From assembly GCA_051294905.1 (NCBI GenBank), contig CM119386.1, positions 9,920,001 through 9,984,000 on the forward strand: a stretch of DNA of 64,000 bases, in the 5' to 3' direction. The stretch is from Botryllus schlosseri. Its lineage: Eukaryota. Made by a program: the position numbers and the translations under genes. Shown one piece after another: positions 48,501 through 62,699 of this stretch; position 1 is the first letter of the stretch; each line of letters starts with the position of its first letter. The notes beneath the pieces are model-generated. The model was not told the DNA's origin and did no database searches. It saw only the letters and a program-made list of their open reading frames with translations.

Positions 48501-51500
48501 CATAACCTTCGATCTACGTGCGTGATTACGTCATATTTTTGTGTCAGGACACCCAAGAGTTTTTGCGTTGTTTCATGGATTGTCTGCACGAAGAGCTAAA
48601 GGAGGTCGTGCCGAGGTGGACCTACGAAGATGATCTTGGCAACGGCAGGGGTGAAGAGCCGGCAAGCAAGAACAAGAATGATATTCAAGTATAAAAGCAT
48701 TGTCGCACCTGGCATCAGTGGTAGCATTCTAGCATAAAAGTCTTAATTTTCAGCAGGTTTTGTTACAAAGAGTCATTAACAGTAACCAGTAATCCTCACC
48801 GACTCGCTGATCTCATAAAATTCCATGCCACAGTTCTACAGACCTGGCTGAATCCAACCGATGTGATGTATCGCCTATTTAGTTTGATATATGAAGGCAG
48901 AACGCCTTTACACTCCTACCGTCTTACAGCTATCACTTGACAGACAGTTTTGTTAGCTTACGTTTATCACGCGACAGTCTCCCATGCTTCTAAACAACAA
49001 ATCATTATGAAATGTGGCTGCGATGCTTAAGATCGACTCATTTTGAAACTGCGCCTACTGACCGATGAATTTTTCCACAATTTAGAAAGGACTCAAAATG
49101 TCGAAACTACTTACTTCCTAATCCGACCTTTTGGTCTTGATGCATGCCACTGTTGGTAATCCAGCAATTAATCATGGAGTTTTGATCAAATTTTGCTAGC
49201 TGATAGTTGATCTGTTTCAGGATAGCGAAACGGAAGATGTATCAAGCGGAAATGCAAAGGAGATTGATCATGCTGCGGAGTCATGTCCGTTCATACCTCC
49301 CCGGTAAGTCCATTCACTCAGAACGTATATCAGTATTGGGCATTGCCTATTGAAACATAAACTTGGAAATTGACTGAATTGGCTGTCAAGACTAGAGGTT
49401 GTCTCAATTGAGACAACAGACATCCTAATCTAGGTATAAAGTTTGAATTTATTTATTTGATGCCAGCTTACCGAATATAGATAATTATTATCAACAAAAA
49501 TATGATAAGCGGCAAAAATGATTGGATAAGAACGGGTGATCATTCATTTCAATGATTGTTCGGATGACATTCAAGCACTCTGTGTTGTGACTTAGCCCTC
49601 TCGATATTTGTCATTTGGTAAATTCGAGAGAACTGGAAAGATCGTTAACTTACAGTGACGTGCCGGGAATATCGGCGGCCGCGATGCGGAAAAAGCAGCG
49701 ATTGTCGTCGGAAAATGTAAGTAGTTGATTGTTCAGTCTGTTGATTGTTGGTTTATTAGACCAGCATCACAGAATCTCTGTTTGCTTCCAGGAGCTTCAC
49801 GGCACAGAGAAGTCTGATGTTTCATCACCCAGATCACCATCGCCCGCTCAATACCCAAGTAATTCCAATTCGCGTTGATATTTTGTTGAAAGATTGCGAT
49901 GCAGTTACTTGTCTTGCACGATTGTCGATTCATATATTTTTGAAATCGCTCTGATAATAACTTGTCTGTTTTGCCGTGCTATCCTATCTCTCTTTATTTT
50001 CAGAACAACATAACAAAAGACCACCTTATCGTTTCCGCAGCGTGATTTCCGAATTATTCGACGGAGGGCTGCGGTCGTCAGTTCAATGCTTGACGTGTGA
50101 CCAGGTGTGTGGCTGGATGTGGTCTCGGACAATTTTTGCAATATGAGGCACACACTTTCATGATTAGACTTGGTGTGATATATTGGACAGACATTCCAGC
50201 TGTCTGGATTCTGACAAAATATGGGCATAAGTAAATAAAATAAGTACAGATCTTATAAATAAGGACAATGTAGGTATATTTTTAGTATTGGTTTCCGTAT
50301 TGGCCTAGTCTTCGGAACCCCAAGGGGTACATAGACCCCAGGTTGAGCACCCCTGTTTTAGTGGTTATTACTTGTGCTAGGCACAATGACTCTAGTAGTG
50401 AGCTATGATTTTTGCGATTACTGAAATTATACGCTTCTTGTAATTTTGCTATGAAAATTATTGATTCGATAGTATTTGCCACTATGGAAGCCATGAAATT
50501 TTGATTAGTAGTATCGAAGCCTACAAAGCTATACACGCTTAAGTGAAAAATGATCTATCTGTGTAATACGAAATTATCTTTATTTTTATATGGAACTGAC
50601 ATATAAAATAAAAGGTACACATTCGAACTTTCTACATCTTTCATACTGTTTTGACGTCATAGTTAGTGACACTCGACTCGAAACCTAAAACTCTATTCGG
50701 AATCGAATCACTCGGGTTTTCGATATTGCGCAGTCATAATTGTGACTACTGGACCGTTGCATTTTAACCGATTACATTGTTTGCAAATCACAATGTTGCT
50801 AGCATAGAGCCTTGCTGATCCACAGTGTCATATATTATGTGTAGGCTCGATAATGAAGCAAAGGTATAGAAATGAAGATAACATTTGGAACAAGTGAGCA
50901 AGCGATGAGAAGTCTGAATTTGATTCGCGGCACGGATTCAGTTTATTGCCTGCATTCACAATGCCCAATGTACAGTACACCAAACGCATTTGTTCCTTGT
51001 GACAGGTCTCGCACACAAGAGAAACATTCCAAGACTTGTCGTTGCCCATTCCTGGTAAAGACGATTTGGCGAGACTGCATACGTCAGCCGGGTTTTTGTT
51101 TTCCGGAGAGCTGGCCGTCAATCCGGGCTTCAACGGCCCGTGCGAGGAGACCAGCGGTATGAAGATACCCCTGCTCAACTACGCCTGGAATGTCTGGGAA
51201 TGGGTTAAAGGGTAAGCTTTGTTGTTAACACCGTAGTAACACCATTCGAATCAAAAGCCTTTCCATGTACAAGCCGCAACCATATTTCAATATAGTGTGA
51301 AATTTGGTCACGAGATACAGGGGAAATCGTACTGCCACATATGTCTGTGTGCGAGTATTCAATATAAGCAGACACCTTTCGAGAGAATTGATGTCCGAAG
51401 TCAGACAGGTTTTTTCAGGCCAAACTATACTTCGTAAAGACAGACAGTTCCAACCAGAAATGAAGATAAGTACTACAATTCTAATATTAAGTGGGAAAAC

Positions 51501-54500
51501 ACCAAATTTGCATACTTTAGGTCAAAGTTTGTATTTTTAAGGTCAAAAAATGTCAAAATTTTTATTTTTTAGGTCAAAAAATCGCCCTAGTCATGAGGTT
51601 TTCATCCTGTAAAAACCACTGCCCTAGATATCGAAATTATCAAAATAAAGTTGACATACTAGTACGTCAATTCTTGTTGACACGTTGTACGATTGACATT
51701 GTGTCATTCCGGCAGCGATTTATGTCGAATCCCGAATGTGCTCATCACTTGACGCATTCTTTCCAGCTGGTTTTGGGGGCCGGAAGTGACGCTACACGAT
51801 TGCCTGTCGGCTTTTTTCTCTGCTGACGAGCTCAAAGGCGACAACATGTACAGCTGCAGCAAGTGCAATAAGTTAGTGTATTCTGGTGTCACTGAATTTG
51901 CGCCGTAATATTCTTGAAACGTGTGCCCGCGCAGGTTGAGAAACGGTGTCAAGTATTGCAAACTGCTGCAATTGCCGGAACTTTTGTGCATTCACTTGAA
52001 GAGGTTTCGTCACGAATATCAGATGTCGTATTCTTCAAAAATATCCGGTCCGGTCTCGTTTCCAATCGAGGTCAGTGTGTTCGTTGAAACTGATATGTAT
52101 TGGACAAGATGAATTTCGAGAAAAAGCAATGGGAGGTTTCATGCTCGAAATTTGGCTTTTAACTGTTTTCTGTGCAACCGCGTACGGTTGTTTATACACG
52201 GTTAGTTTTATGAATGCAACCCGTGGAAATATTGATTTTTCCTATGACTTTTAACCCATCCATTTTGAGGTAGTCAAACAAAGTAGTTAGCGTTGCTACT
52301 GGAGTATTAGTAGAAGTAATTTCAACTCCATTACGAGTAGAAGTGGTAATTTCCAAAATGGTGGAAGCATAAAATGTCAGGGCTAAAAAGTACTCAAATA
52401 GCAAAGTAGATTTGGGTGAGCATACATATACTTTTATTAGTTTGTCGATGGTGGCTAGTTTTGAAATTGCACCCAGTTTTGTCTAATGACGCCACTAATG
52501 GGTGCAATTTTCGAACTTATATTCAGCAGTCACGATGTTGGCTATTTTGCACTGTTCTTGCGACGGTTTCTCGCACATAAAAGTGATCCTGTTCGAGCAG
52601 AAGTGGGAGTAGTCTAAAAGCAAAACTACTTGCATAAGTTGTGGAATTAAACAAAATCTACATGATTACATAAAATAACTAGAAGTGCTTTGTTACGCAT
52701 CGCACCCGTGTGCTGTTCAGTAGTTGGCTAAAAAGAATTCAATGGCCTTCGACCGCAGTGAGTATTAGCGATTGCCCGCATGTTTTCAAAATCCTCAACA
52801 CATGATTGATTCACAGCAGTGTTGAACCCGCTTTGGGTTTCACGGTACTTTTTTTGTCTAACTTCTATCTTATGCAAATAGTTTGTGTGTTGCGAGGTCC
52901 GTGTCTATGTAAATTTTGTTTTCAGGGCCTCGACTTGAGCCAGTTTCTAGGCCAGGACAGCCCGTCGTCGTGTTCCACGTACGACTTGTGTTCCGCGATC
53001 ATTCATCATGGCAATGCCGGAGGTTGGTTGGTTGTTGTTGGCGGCGACCAAATATTTTACGCCACCAATCCTTCTGCTTCGTTTTAGGCGGTCACTACAC
53101 GGCTTACGCAAAAAATTTCTTGAATAAAAAATGGTACGAGTTTGACGACAAGTACGTCACCGAGGTTCCGGAATCGGTTGTCGCTAACGCGGAGGCATAC
53201 GTTCTCTTTTATCAGTGAGTATCTGGTCTCGCGACTGATAGCATATCCTTCTAAAGATACTCGTTGAGGTACTGAACTTCAATATACAATTGAATAAGAT
53301 ATTCATATTGAAATACACCGTAATATTTTCGGCTGATCAGGACCAGGGGTAATCGACACTGCCTAGTAGAAAACTGAAAGAACATTGTATATCAACGACA
53401 GTATCACCAAACATGATGTCATTGGCATGTTGATTGAATAAATGCTTACAAAGCGATACAAGCCTTCAAAAACGTTGTTGTTGATACTGCAGTTTGTCAT
53501 CATCCCCGAGTCTTTATCAGCTGCTTGCTGATGAGCAACTGATTTTCATTGTACCACATACGGAAATATTTAAAGTGAATCTTGGAGGTACAGTACTTCA
53601 ATATACAATTGAATACATATATTTTCGGCTGTCAGCCACTAAAAGAGATTTCAAAAGAACTTGTATATGTATCAACAATCGTATTGATATCTTTCTCAAG
53701 TATTAATATCGATCGATAAATTGCAGAGTTACCATTTATTATTTATCCTCGAACCAGGAAGCCAGTGTTTCGATCTCATGAAGTCGAACACGAGTAAAAT
53801 AGGAATTTTACTTGAAATGGAAGTATCTCCAAACGAGAGGGGACAAGAGTCAAGAGGCTACCTTCGAGTCGCAATTCATATTGAGTTAATTGCACATTTG
53901 TACTCAGCCCCGTCACTTGATTTTTTGTAGTGATTCCATCGAGTCAAATCAAGTCACTCAGTTTTTGGAGGTGACTCAAGTCAAATTTTCAAAGTGCAAG
54001 GCATGATAAAATGATAAAACCGCCGATTATTCAAGTCGTTATTTTAATTGTGAATTGAGTCATCCTAACACTCCTCTGTTCGCTTTTTATTTGCTATATC
54101 GACTCGTCGCACTTTTGAAGCAAGTCGAGTCACTCGCTTTTTGAAGGTGAGTCAAGTCAAGTCAAACGCAGATTTTCAAAGCATGAGGTATGATAAAAAT
54201 ACTAAAACCACCAATCATGCCACTCGTTGCACTTAGCAAGATGATTAAAGTACAGATTGAGTTGCTATTTATTGTCAATCGAGTAACGAGTGCCTAGCGG
54301 CAGTTGCCCCGGTTCGCTTTATATTGGTTGCTAGCTGGGGACTTGCGTCGTGCTGAGACTAAATCGAGTTTGAAGTGAAAGATCGCTGCTCATCACCAGT
54401 TGTCACTTTGCTACTTCGAATCCAAGGCCTGTCATCAGTCGATGAATATTCATTCGCAGAAAATCCAGCGTCGAAGCCTCGAGATTCCGCGACCGTTGTA

Positions 54501-57500
54501 TCCGCAAACTCGGCGACGCCGACGACCTCTTGCATTTCTCCATCTCCAGACGCTGGTGGACGAAATTCTGCACGTTTGCGGAGCCGGGACGGATTGACAA
54601 CTCTGATTTTCTGTGCCGTCATTCTGGTATGATTTCATCGTGTCTTGCGCCGTGATTGATTCTCAAGAAACGAGTGAAATAATGATTACTCGTTAATTCC
54701 GTGCAGGAAAGAAATTTTGTTTTGTGTCAATGTGTTTGTGGAGCTGTTAGTTACTGTAAGACACGATTCCGCTCTGAATAACCTGTCTGAGGGCGGAGAT
54801 CATGAAGTTGGCCGATTCGGGAGAATGGTAATCGTCTGATTGAAAACTGTTGATCGGGGTGATTACCCGAGATGTCCCGAGTTGTTAATCATGTGCGATG
54901 TTATCTGATGCATTGCCGCAAGATAACGCGTAATTGGCTGTCAGTTTTCAGGTTGATGAATGAAACGGCAGGCTGCTGATAAAACCTACTGCGATTGTAA
55001 CAGGTAGAATCATCATCATCTTGAAATGAAAGTCGTGTCCAATTAGTATGGCTCAACAATGCAAAGGATTATAGAATATTGATAAGATTGCTCTGCAATG
55101 ATGCGTGCATGCGCATAATTCTTCGATTGTCCGATTGTTAGTCGAGCCATTACCTATGCAACTTGTCACAGGAATTTTGCGCAGTGTATAATTTGTCCAG
55201 GTTCGCTAAACCAGTTTTTTTTACTCTGGGTTGTTAAATTCTGATGAATGCGATAATCGACTCTTTAATCGATCCAACGTTATGATCTCCGGTCCTGAGG
55301 ACTAGGTAGCTAACGCAAAAAGACTTATCCGGTCAAATTCAGTTAACTGCGCTACACTATGATTCCATGTTTTTCAAATTTTTTGTGCAGGCGTCCGACC
55401 CGAGTTGGACGGACCTCAGCGCGATCAGTGCGCCGCCACCATCCCGAAGTCGGTCTGGGAGTCGTTACACGGACGGTTTGGCGGCGGACCGGCCGTCACC
55501 CAACTCTTGCCGTGCGAAGTCTGCTCCGGGGAGATGGAGGTTCTAGAACAGCGGAGACGACATGAGGACGAAACTTTTCGAGAGGTATGGGCATTGGGTA
55601 AGGTTACCAGTGAATCCGGCACATGACGGCCCCTAATCCTAACATACCAGTAACCGTAATACGTTAATACATTTGAACAGAGTGCTGTATATCACATATT
55701 CAGTGGCGTTTAATACATATTCAGTGAGACATTCATTTTCTTCTTTATTACTACAATAATGAAGCATTGCTTTCATATCAATAATAATAGTTGTTACGTT
55801 TCCAATGATAACTGCACCAAGTGTCGTATTCAACATGCCGGATATCAAAATTATTGTCAATACGATATTGATGCATCGCTTTCATAATAATAAATCACTA
55901 GTACGATTCCAGTCTGCAAATCGTTTACCAGAGTAACAGCGTTAGGGTTATCATATTTTGGAATCGGGAAAGGAGAACACTTTATACAAATCATCAAAAA
56001 CGGCTGATTTCAAATCTTTCCTGGAAATCTTGTGTTGACTCGGAAAAAATGTCATTTCATTCAGTCTTACTTCTGAATGAGTCGCTCGAACGCCTGCGTT
56101 ACATATTTCGCGTCATTTATGCAGTTTTTTAGTTGTTTTTTAGTTCATTAGCACCGCTGTCGAAGCTGTAAAGGAGGCCGAATTTCAAAAAAGGTGGACA
56201 TGTAGGCGTCCTCGAAGACATTTTCGATTTCCTGAAAAAGGCGGACGTATGGTAACCCTAAAAAAACGTGCAATCGAAAATTCACTCAGGCCGTTATCAT
56301 TGAAACTTTGTTTACCTGAATATCGCTGTCGCACGCGTTGCGTCCAGAGGTGGTATACCAGACCCAAATTATGATCATTGCTGGTATACTTCGAGCTGGT
56401 TCATCGATCAAGTTTTGTTTCAGCTGAAGAAAAGGCCGAATTTGGACGCGCAACAGTTCACCGTGTACATCAGCCTCGACTGGTTTCACGAGTGGGAGGA
56501 TTTCATAACGGGCCGGCTTCCGGACCCGCCAGGAAATATCAACAACTGGCCCATTTGCTTTCAGAAGGACGGGGAATATATTTTGCGACGAAGTACGTGT
56601 GAAGTTGGTACAGTAGGGCTGTTCTACGATTCTATAATAAATAATGCAAGAGTTAGCCACCGTAAATACCATTTTATTCAAATGCAAATTTTTTTCCTGC
56701 AACAAATTAGCTTCTACTGGTTGGAATCGAGCCAAATTTGGTGTGCAGCATTGTTTTAGCCAACCTAACAATTTTATCAAGTAGCCAGTGAAATTTGAAT
56801 TTTTTTAATAGCCCTATTAAACACGGATAAAATCTTTGTACTTTGTACAAAGTGAGCGCAGTTAGCCTGTTGAATAAAGACTTGTTCAGTAATGAAGTAC
56901 GGTACTTGGCTTTTTGTGAGTACTGAACTTATGTTTTCTTGTTACTTCTAATCGACTGATTTTTGGCATATCCACTTATCGATCATGCTTTGGATTTTTT
57001 ACAGTAGAAAATGGTTTTGGGTTATGCTTGCGTCGCTTTGTGAATGAAATTGTCACAACAACATCGGTAAATTTTCCAAAATTGCGAATATCTGTAGAGT
57101 AATGGATTGGTCATTTTGCATTCGTCAAAAATATGTGCCGAGTATCACTTTAAATCTATCTGCAACTCACTTATGAAGTCATTCGCTTGCAATTTACCTT
57201 GCTCACTGTGCTTGGGTAATTATAATAAATCGGTAATCATGTGTCAGGGCATTTATTGTCATGTTCTAGCGCGGTCAATATCAGTTGCGTATAATCAAAT
57301 TAACCTCGCCAAGCCTGGTGTCTTCCGTAATTTTAATATGAAATCTTGCATTGTATCTGACCTTCAAATACCGGTCGGTTTTTCTTTCAATCGTTGGGGA
57401 CAATACTTGCCTGTAACATTTTAGCGGTGCACAATACAATGTTGTTGGTTTTATAAGGTGTTGGGCATTATCAAATATCGTAATCCTTATGCATGCACTA

Positions 57501-58303
57501 GTTACTAATTTCTAACGTGGTTTTGTTTCTCAGGCCAGTCACATTTAGAACTAATTCTTCGCACCCTTTTATTTAATTATTTCGTTGAGAACTCATTAAA
57601 GCGTTTATAATCTACTGTCAGTTCAATTATGTTTAGCGTAGCACTCAACTCTCTACCTTACTTCAGTAGAAAATGTGTGCCATTTCATGTACTTGAGTAG
57701 TACAATTTTGTCTGGGATTTTGCATTAATCAAACGTGGTAGCCCTATTATATGCATATATCTGTCTATGTCCATTGCCAGTCTTTGGCCACAGAGTAAGA
57801 TAGTGATTGTTGGCATAAGCCGACCGATGTGGTAGAGCCGCATTTAGGGATGTAAATATGTCGTACAAGCAGACAGCTCAAACTGCCCAATTTGAGACTG
57901 GCATGTATCCGTTTTCTTTGCTATCTCTGCATATCGTCCTAGTACGCACTTAAAGTGGATACAGCTTTTCCCTGTGGATGGATGTAGCTGTAAACTTTGG
58001 TTTCTCATTGCAGATTCATCCTATGCACCGATCTCAAGGAGAGCCTGGGAATTCCTGGTATCGATTTACGACGGCGGACCAGAAGTACCACATCCACTTT
58101 ACGTTGCTCCTTCCCAGGCTCCAAAAAAGTCCGCTTCCACTAGTTCAGACGGCACACCTGTAAAGGCTGTCTTAAAAGACTCTGACAACGCAATATTGCC
58201 AGATAACGGCGATCAGAATAAATCGAAGTCTCGGTCAATGGAGACTGATGAGGATGTTGATGCGAGGAGCTGTGGGGAATTAAGGACGGAAGTGTGTACG
58301 TAG
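45578..58303 (+). CDS. USP20: Ubiquitin carboxyl-terminal hydrolase 20/33 (zf-UBP, USP catalytic domain, 2 DUSP domains); 22 coding exons, 855 aa
   Basis: Exons: 45578-45643, 45708-45758, 45919-45981, 46770-46865, 47019-47037, 47141-47264, 47729-47816, 47878-47994, 48548-48688, 49221-49303, 49656-49716, 49792-49858, 50004-50104, 51006-51211, 51767-51871, 51935-52070, 52926-53022, 53088-53214, 54460-54626, 55391-55584, 56424-56592, 58014-58303; total 2568 nt, in frame. Motifs: [89 protein letters not shown]. The start codon is inferred. May be the single pro-ortholog of vertebrate USP20 and USP33. Confidence 0.92.
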
Positions 58304-58796
58304 AAGCCGAAAGCAGTTTGTTGTGATGTTTCGTCTAAATCTGTAATTTGTTTTGAAGTATATATGCCCCTTTATGGATCTGGCTTTGACGCTGATAGTT
58401 GTTAGAGATCGATTATTTGGGTGTTTCTGGCTATTTCCGAATGTCTATGTGATACTGTCTATGGAAAACCGTTACATAAAATCTCATAAGTTGCTACTGT
58501 TTGGAAGTGTCTGACTTGTGGGTGTACAGACTGTGCAGTGCAGAATATGGTCGGGTGGAATGGCGAGGTGGCGTTAATTCACAGCTTATAAAGAAAGCCT
58601 AGAAGTAGGCCGTGCTAAAGTCGGTAAATACAGAACATCGGCCTGGTGTAACATGACCAATTGACCAATGTAGTCGGAACACCATGAATATAAAAAAAAC
58701 AGCTGACAATTGCTGAGGTAGTACACTACCAGTGGTTTCATCATCATTATGTATATGATACGAAGTCGTCAGTCCAGTTTGCATGTCAGGTGTGAT

Positions 58797-60883
58797 CGGA
58801 GGTAGTTAAGCAATTACAGCTACTCAAGTAGAAGTGGCGACGCAAAAATATACTCAAGTACGAGTGGAAGTAGCACTTTTAAAAGCAACCTAAAGATACT
58901 TGAAGTAGAATCGCCTGTCTTTAAATCTACTCAAGTTAATAGTGAAAACTGTCGTGACTCGTTCGCATGGACTGTCAAAAACTGCAAATTGAGCTATGCG
59001 GAAGGTGTAGAGAGCTTGATGCATCCCAGGACGGATATGCTTTCGACAGAATAAGCACTCGTTGCATTATGAGATGCAAATGATAGTTGTGATATGGAAA
59101 CGCGATACTAATCCATTATTTACTCGATCACTCTGTTATAGAAACTATCATGGCATGGGCTCCTCGCCCCATATTATAAGGACCTTAGTTTAGTCGAGGA
59201 GCGACATGTAGAAGTTGTATTGGATACGGTGTTGACACCTTGCGCGAATACTATACGTGAAAAATATGGCGGCTCGTAAAAATGCCATATAGTGTAGGGT
59301 TGCCATACGTCCGGAATTTCCCGGACATGTCCGGAATTTCACTGAAAAATCTGCGTCCGGGAGGAATTTCTAAAATATGCCTAAATGTCCGGAATTTTGA
59401 AGGCTTCAAGCATGCTCAAAATTTTTTCGTAAATCAACATAAACAATATTATTTTCAAGCAGATTTATGCCATTCAAAATTGTTCTTCGCGCTGCGCGGG
59501 AGTTAATGCAACGTATGATGATATTAGTATAGGCACCTGGCACTACCCTCGCCAAAAAATGCAATCAAAATAAATATAAATAACCATCACTTACTAAAAT
59601 AAGTCTGATAGTAACCGCAATTATAAGATATAACGGTATATTCCTAGAGTTGGTTAAGGTCGATTGGGGACTTCGGTCACAGACAGTGGTTCGAAATTTT
59701 GGGGTCATTCGCCTTTATCTGGGGATCGCGATGATGTTGGACGCAATCAGCTTCCTGGGCCGTGAGATAAGTTTGGGCAAGCTGATTTTTTTAGTAATCA
59801 GCTTATCAAGTTTTGAGCTTTGCCACGAAACATTTTCAGATGGGAAATGAGGTCGCGACCATGAAAGGCTGGAAATCACCGGATGTGCAACCTGTTGGTG
59901 CATTTTATAGTGGCCTAATCTATGGAAGAATCAATATTATTGACAGAATTCATACATAAAATTTAACAGGCAAATGCATATAGTAAGTGCCCAACAAGTA
60001 ACATCGACTACCCAATGGTGGCCCCAAGATCAGTGCTTTTTTGGGCGGAAGGGGGGAGGGGAGAAAAAAAAAGTTTTTTCGGACCTGATTAAAACACATA
60101 AACAGATAACCGCACCAACCTAACAGTATAGCAGGGCTGTCAAACACAATCCTGACAGGCCAGACACGGCCCGCCAGATGACATCATCCGGCCCGTAGAG
60201 GAATCTATTGTAGACCCTAGCAAGTAGCAATCACCAGAGCTCACATTACAGATGGCCAGATTCATGACCTATGTTCCACTCCACTATAGTGTATAGAGTC
60301 GATGGGCAATGGTTTGCTATTGTGACGTCATATTGACGGTCAATGTGTTACATCTCATTTTAAAATCCGCTAGTGGGCGCTAAAGAGTGTCCGGAATTTG
60401 CTTCACAGAAATATGGTAACCCTAATATAGTGTGGCTTTATTTTTTGAAAATGGAGGCATTACTCATGCACTTGCTTTTATACGTCAACATGTATGTTCT
60501 CCAGACAAAATAACTGAAACTAATTAGAACTCGAAGCCTGATATATATTCACCGATACTTCCGTGAAAACATTTGTCACTCCATATCTGCTATGCGCCAA
60601 GCGTGACGAAAATTCAGGTCTTTACTTAACTTTTATGATAATTAAATGTTTGTAGCCTACTCCGTATATAAATAGCCCTGAAATTACTCAGGCTATCTTT
60701 CTGCTTTGAGGATTTGACCACTTCTACTTGACAGACTGAAATTAGCGAAAAGTAAGTATTAGTGAGATTACAAAATATTATGAAGTATAGAAGTAGCGAG
60801 AAATTAGATTTACTTGACCAAGTATCGGAAAACGACTTGAGTAATTCGGAAAAGTAGTATTACTGCGTTACTGACCACCACTG
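58797..60883. mobile_element. Second copy of the 19177-20440 hAT-type family, interrupted by 59295-60424
   Basis: Colinear similarity on both sides of the insertion; right end GTTACTGACCACCACTG. Confidence 0.75.
59295..60424. mobile_element. Second copy of the 4699-5795 family
   Basis: TAGGGTTGCCATACGTCCGG...ATATGGTAACCCTA; 8-bp TSD ATATAGTG. Confidence 0.85.
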
Positions 60884-61812
60884 GGTTATGACAGTTCATT
60901 GAAAATTCGAAGTCATCACCTTTGCCGCCTCACCTCTGATCACGTAGGTGGAGAGAAGTTGATGTAGAGAAGTTGGTGGAGAGAAGTTGCGTCGTATGCC
61001 CTATGGTGGGTCTCAGAGCAGCATGAACATATAATGCCCGCCAGACGATTTCATCCAGCCCGTGACAAAGTCTCTTGCAGAGCAAATGAGAGTACCATCC
61101 CTTGCAATCACCAGAGCTGAAATTAGAGATGGTCCAATAGTAGGGTTACCATACGTTCTCCTCTAGGAGGATTTGTCCTCCTTTTTAGGGTTTTTGAAAA
61201 TGTCCTTCGAGGACGACCTTTTTTTTAATCAACCAACCTAGCACTGAGAAAAAAAATTATCATTTTTTAGGATTTCCCTTCGGCATTCTAAGTTTAAAAG
61301 TTTTGAAAAAGTGTCCTCCTTTCCCAAGTCCAAAATATGGTAACCCTACCTAACAGCCGAGTCAATGATTTAGGCCCATATGTATATGTATATGTATTGT
61401 ATATGTATATATATTATATATCATTGATAGACACGACCAAGTAAATTCACCTGTACCGGTGTTCGATCTTGATATTGCAGCTGTCTTTCTTTCATTGTTC
61501 TGTTTACTTGCGTTGCCATGTTCTCATCCTTCACCTGGTCTTTCTTTCAACTTTTTTTCCGTAAAGACGCCGTATGAGCAATGAGCAATGAGCATCGACG
61601 TGGTGTGGAAGGTCATCACCAAAACACAGCCTTTCTAAGCCTGACCAGGCTATGATCAGAGTAGGAAATTCTGATAGTTGTAGCGTCAACAATGTATAGT
61701 AGCGTCAATGTTGATCATCGAGGAGCGAGAGATACGTGATAGTCTACTCCAGTCGTTACACTTCGATCAGACGCATATAGTAATATCAAAAAAGTGTTTG
61801 CATCTTATACAG

Positions 61813-62233
61813 CAGGGGTTCTCAACCCGCGGCCCGCAGGCGATTGTTTTGCGGCCCGCGACATCTTTCATTATGAACGCAATTACTATACTGGCACGGT
61901 ATTGTTATGTAAAACCGATGCGCCATATTTGTCGAAGAACAGTTGTTGTATCGAAGCGTAGAAACTTAAAATGATACCCCGACAATTTCTTCTGGAGTTC
62001 TACATATCGCCTGATCTTATAAAAAAACAGCAACTGCGAACTTACGAACGCTGTCCATTAATGCTACAGAATGGATAAAGATGTACCAAATGCGTGTATA
62101 TACAACTGGTAAATAAGCTCTAGTTGTCTTAATTTATTAGTAGCACACAAATACATAAAAAATGTTCTGCGGCCCACAGCGTCTTCTGCTGTTAAAATGC
62201 GGCCCGTTATGTCAAGGAAGTTGAGAATCCCTG
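61813..62233. mobile_element. hAT (Charlie-like) MITE
   Basis: CAGGGGTTCTCAAC / GTTGAGAATCCCTG; 8-bp TSD TTATACAG. Confidence 0.85.
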
Positions 62234-62699
62234 TTATACAGGATATGAGCAGAGTTATCGGGTTTCCTAATGGGCAGACCGTGTTATTTTTGGCATTTCA
62301 GGAGCCAGATGCCAAAACTGCCAAAAATAAAAATTTGAAAATGCCAAAAATAAGCAATTTTTGGCATATGCCAAAAATAACACGGCCTGCCAAATAGTGT
62401 ATTTCGTTCATGGTGTTGTGTTAGCAGGACCTCGTTACAAGCGAGAAGAGCGTTTGTGAAAGGCAGGTTTCTTAATCTGGGTCCAGCCCACCCATTAGGG
62501 GTGAAAGCATGGTGTCCTAAATGGCGTGGGCACAGCGAGATTGAACGGCTGACTGCATTTGGTTTACGTCATACTTTCCATTTGTCCAAAGGCAATTTTA
62601 CAACCATTTTTGACCGGCTTGTCGAGCACTAAATTTGATAAAACAGGTATCAATGAGAAGCTGCCGCAGTACTGATTATTAAAATCTAAATTATATTCT

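Noticed and set aside
54359-54638. Five overlapping ORFs on both strands
   Set aside because: Explained by the GC-rich USP20 DUSP exon 54460-54626, which lies in a different frame.
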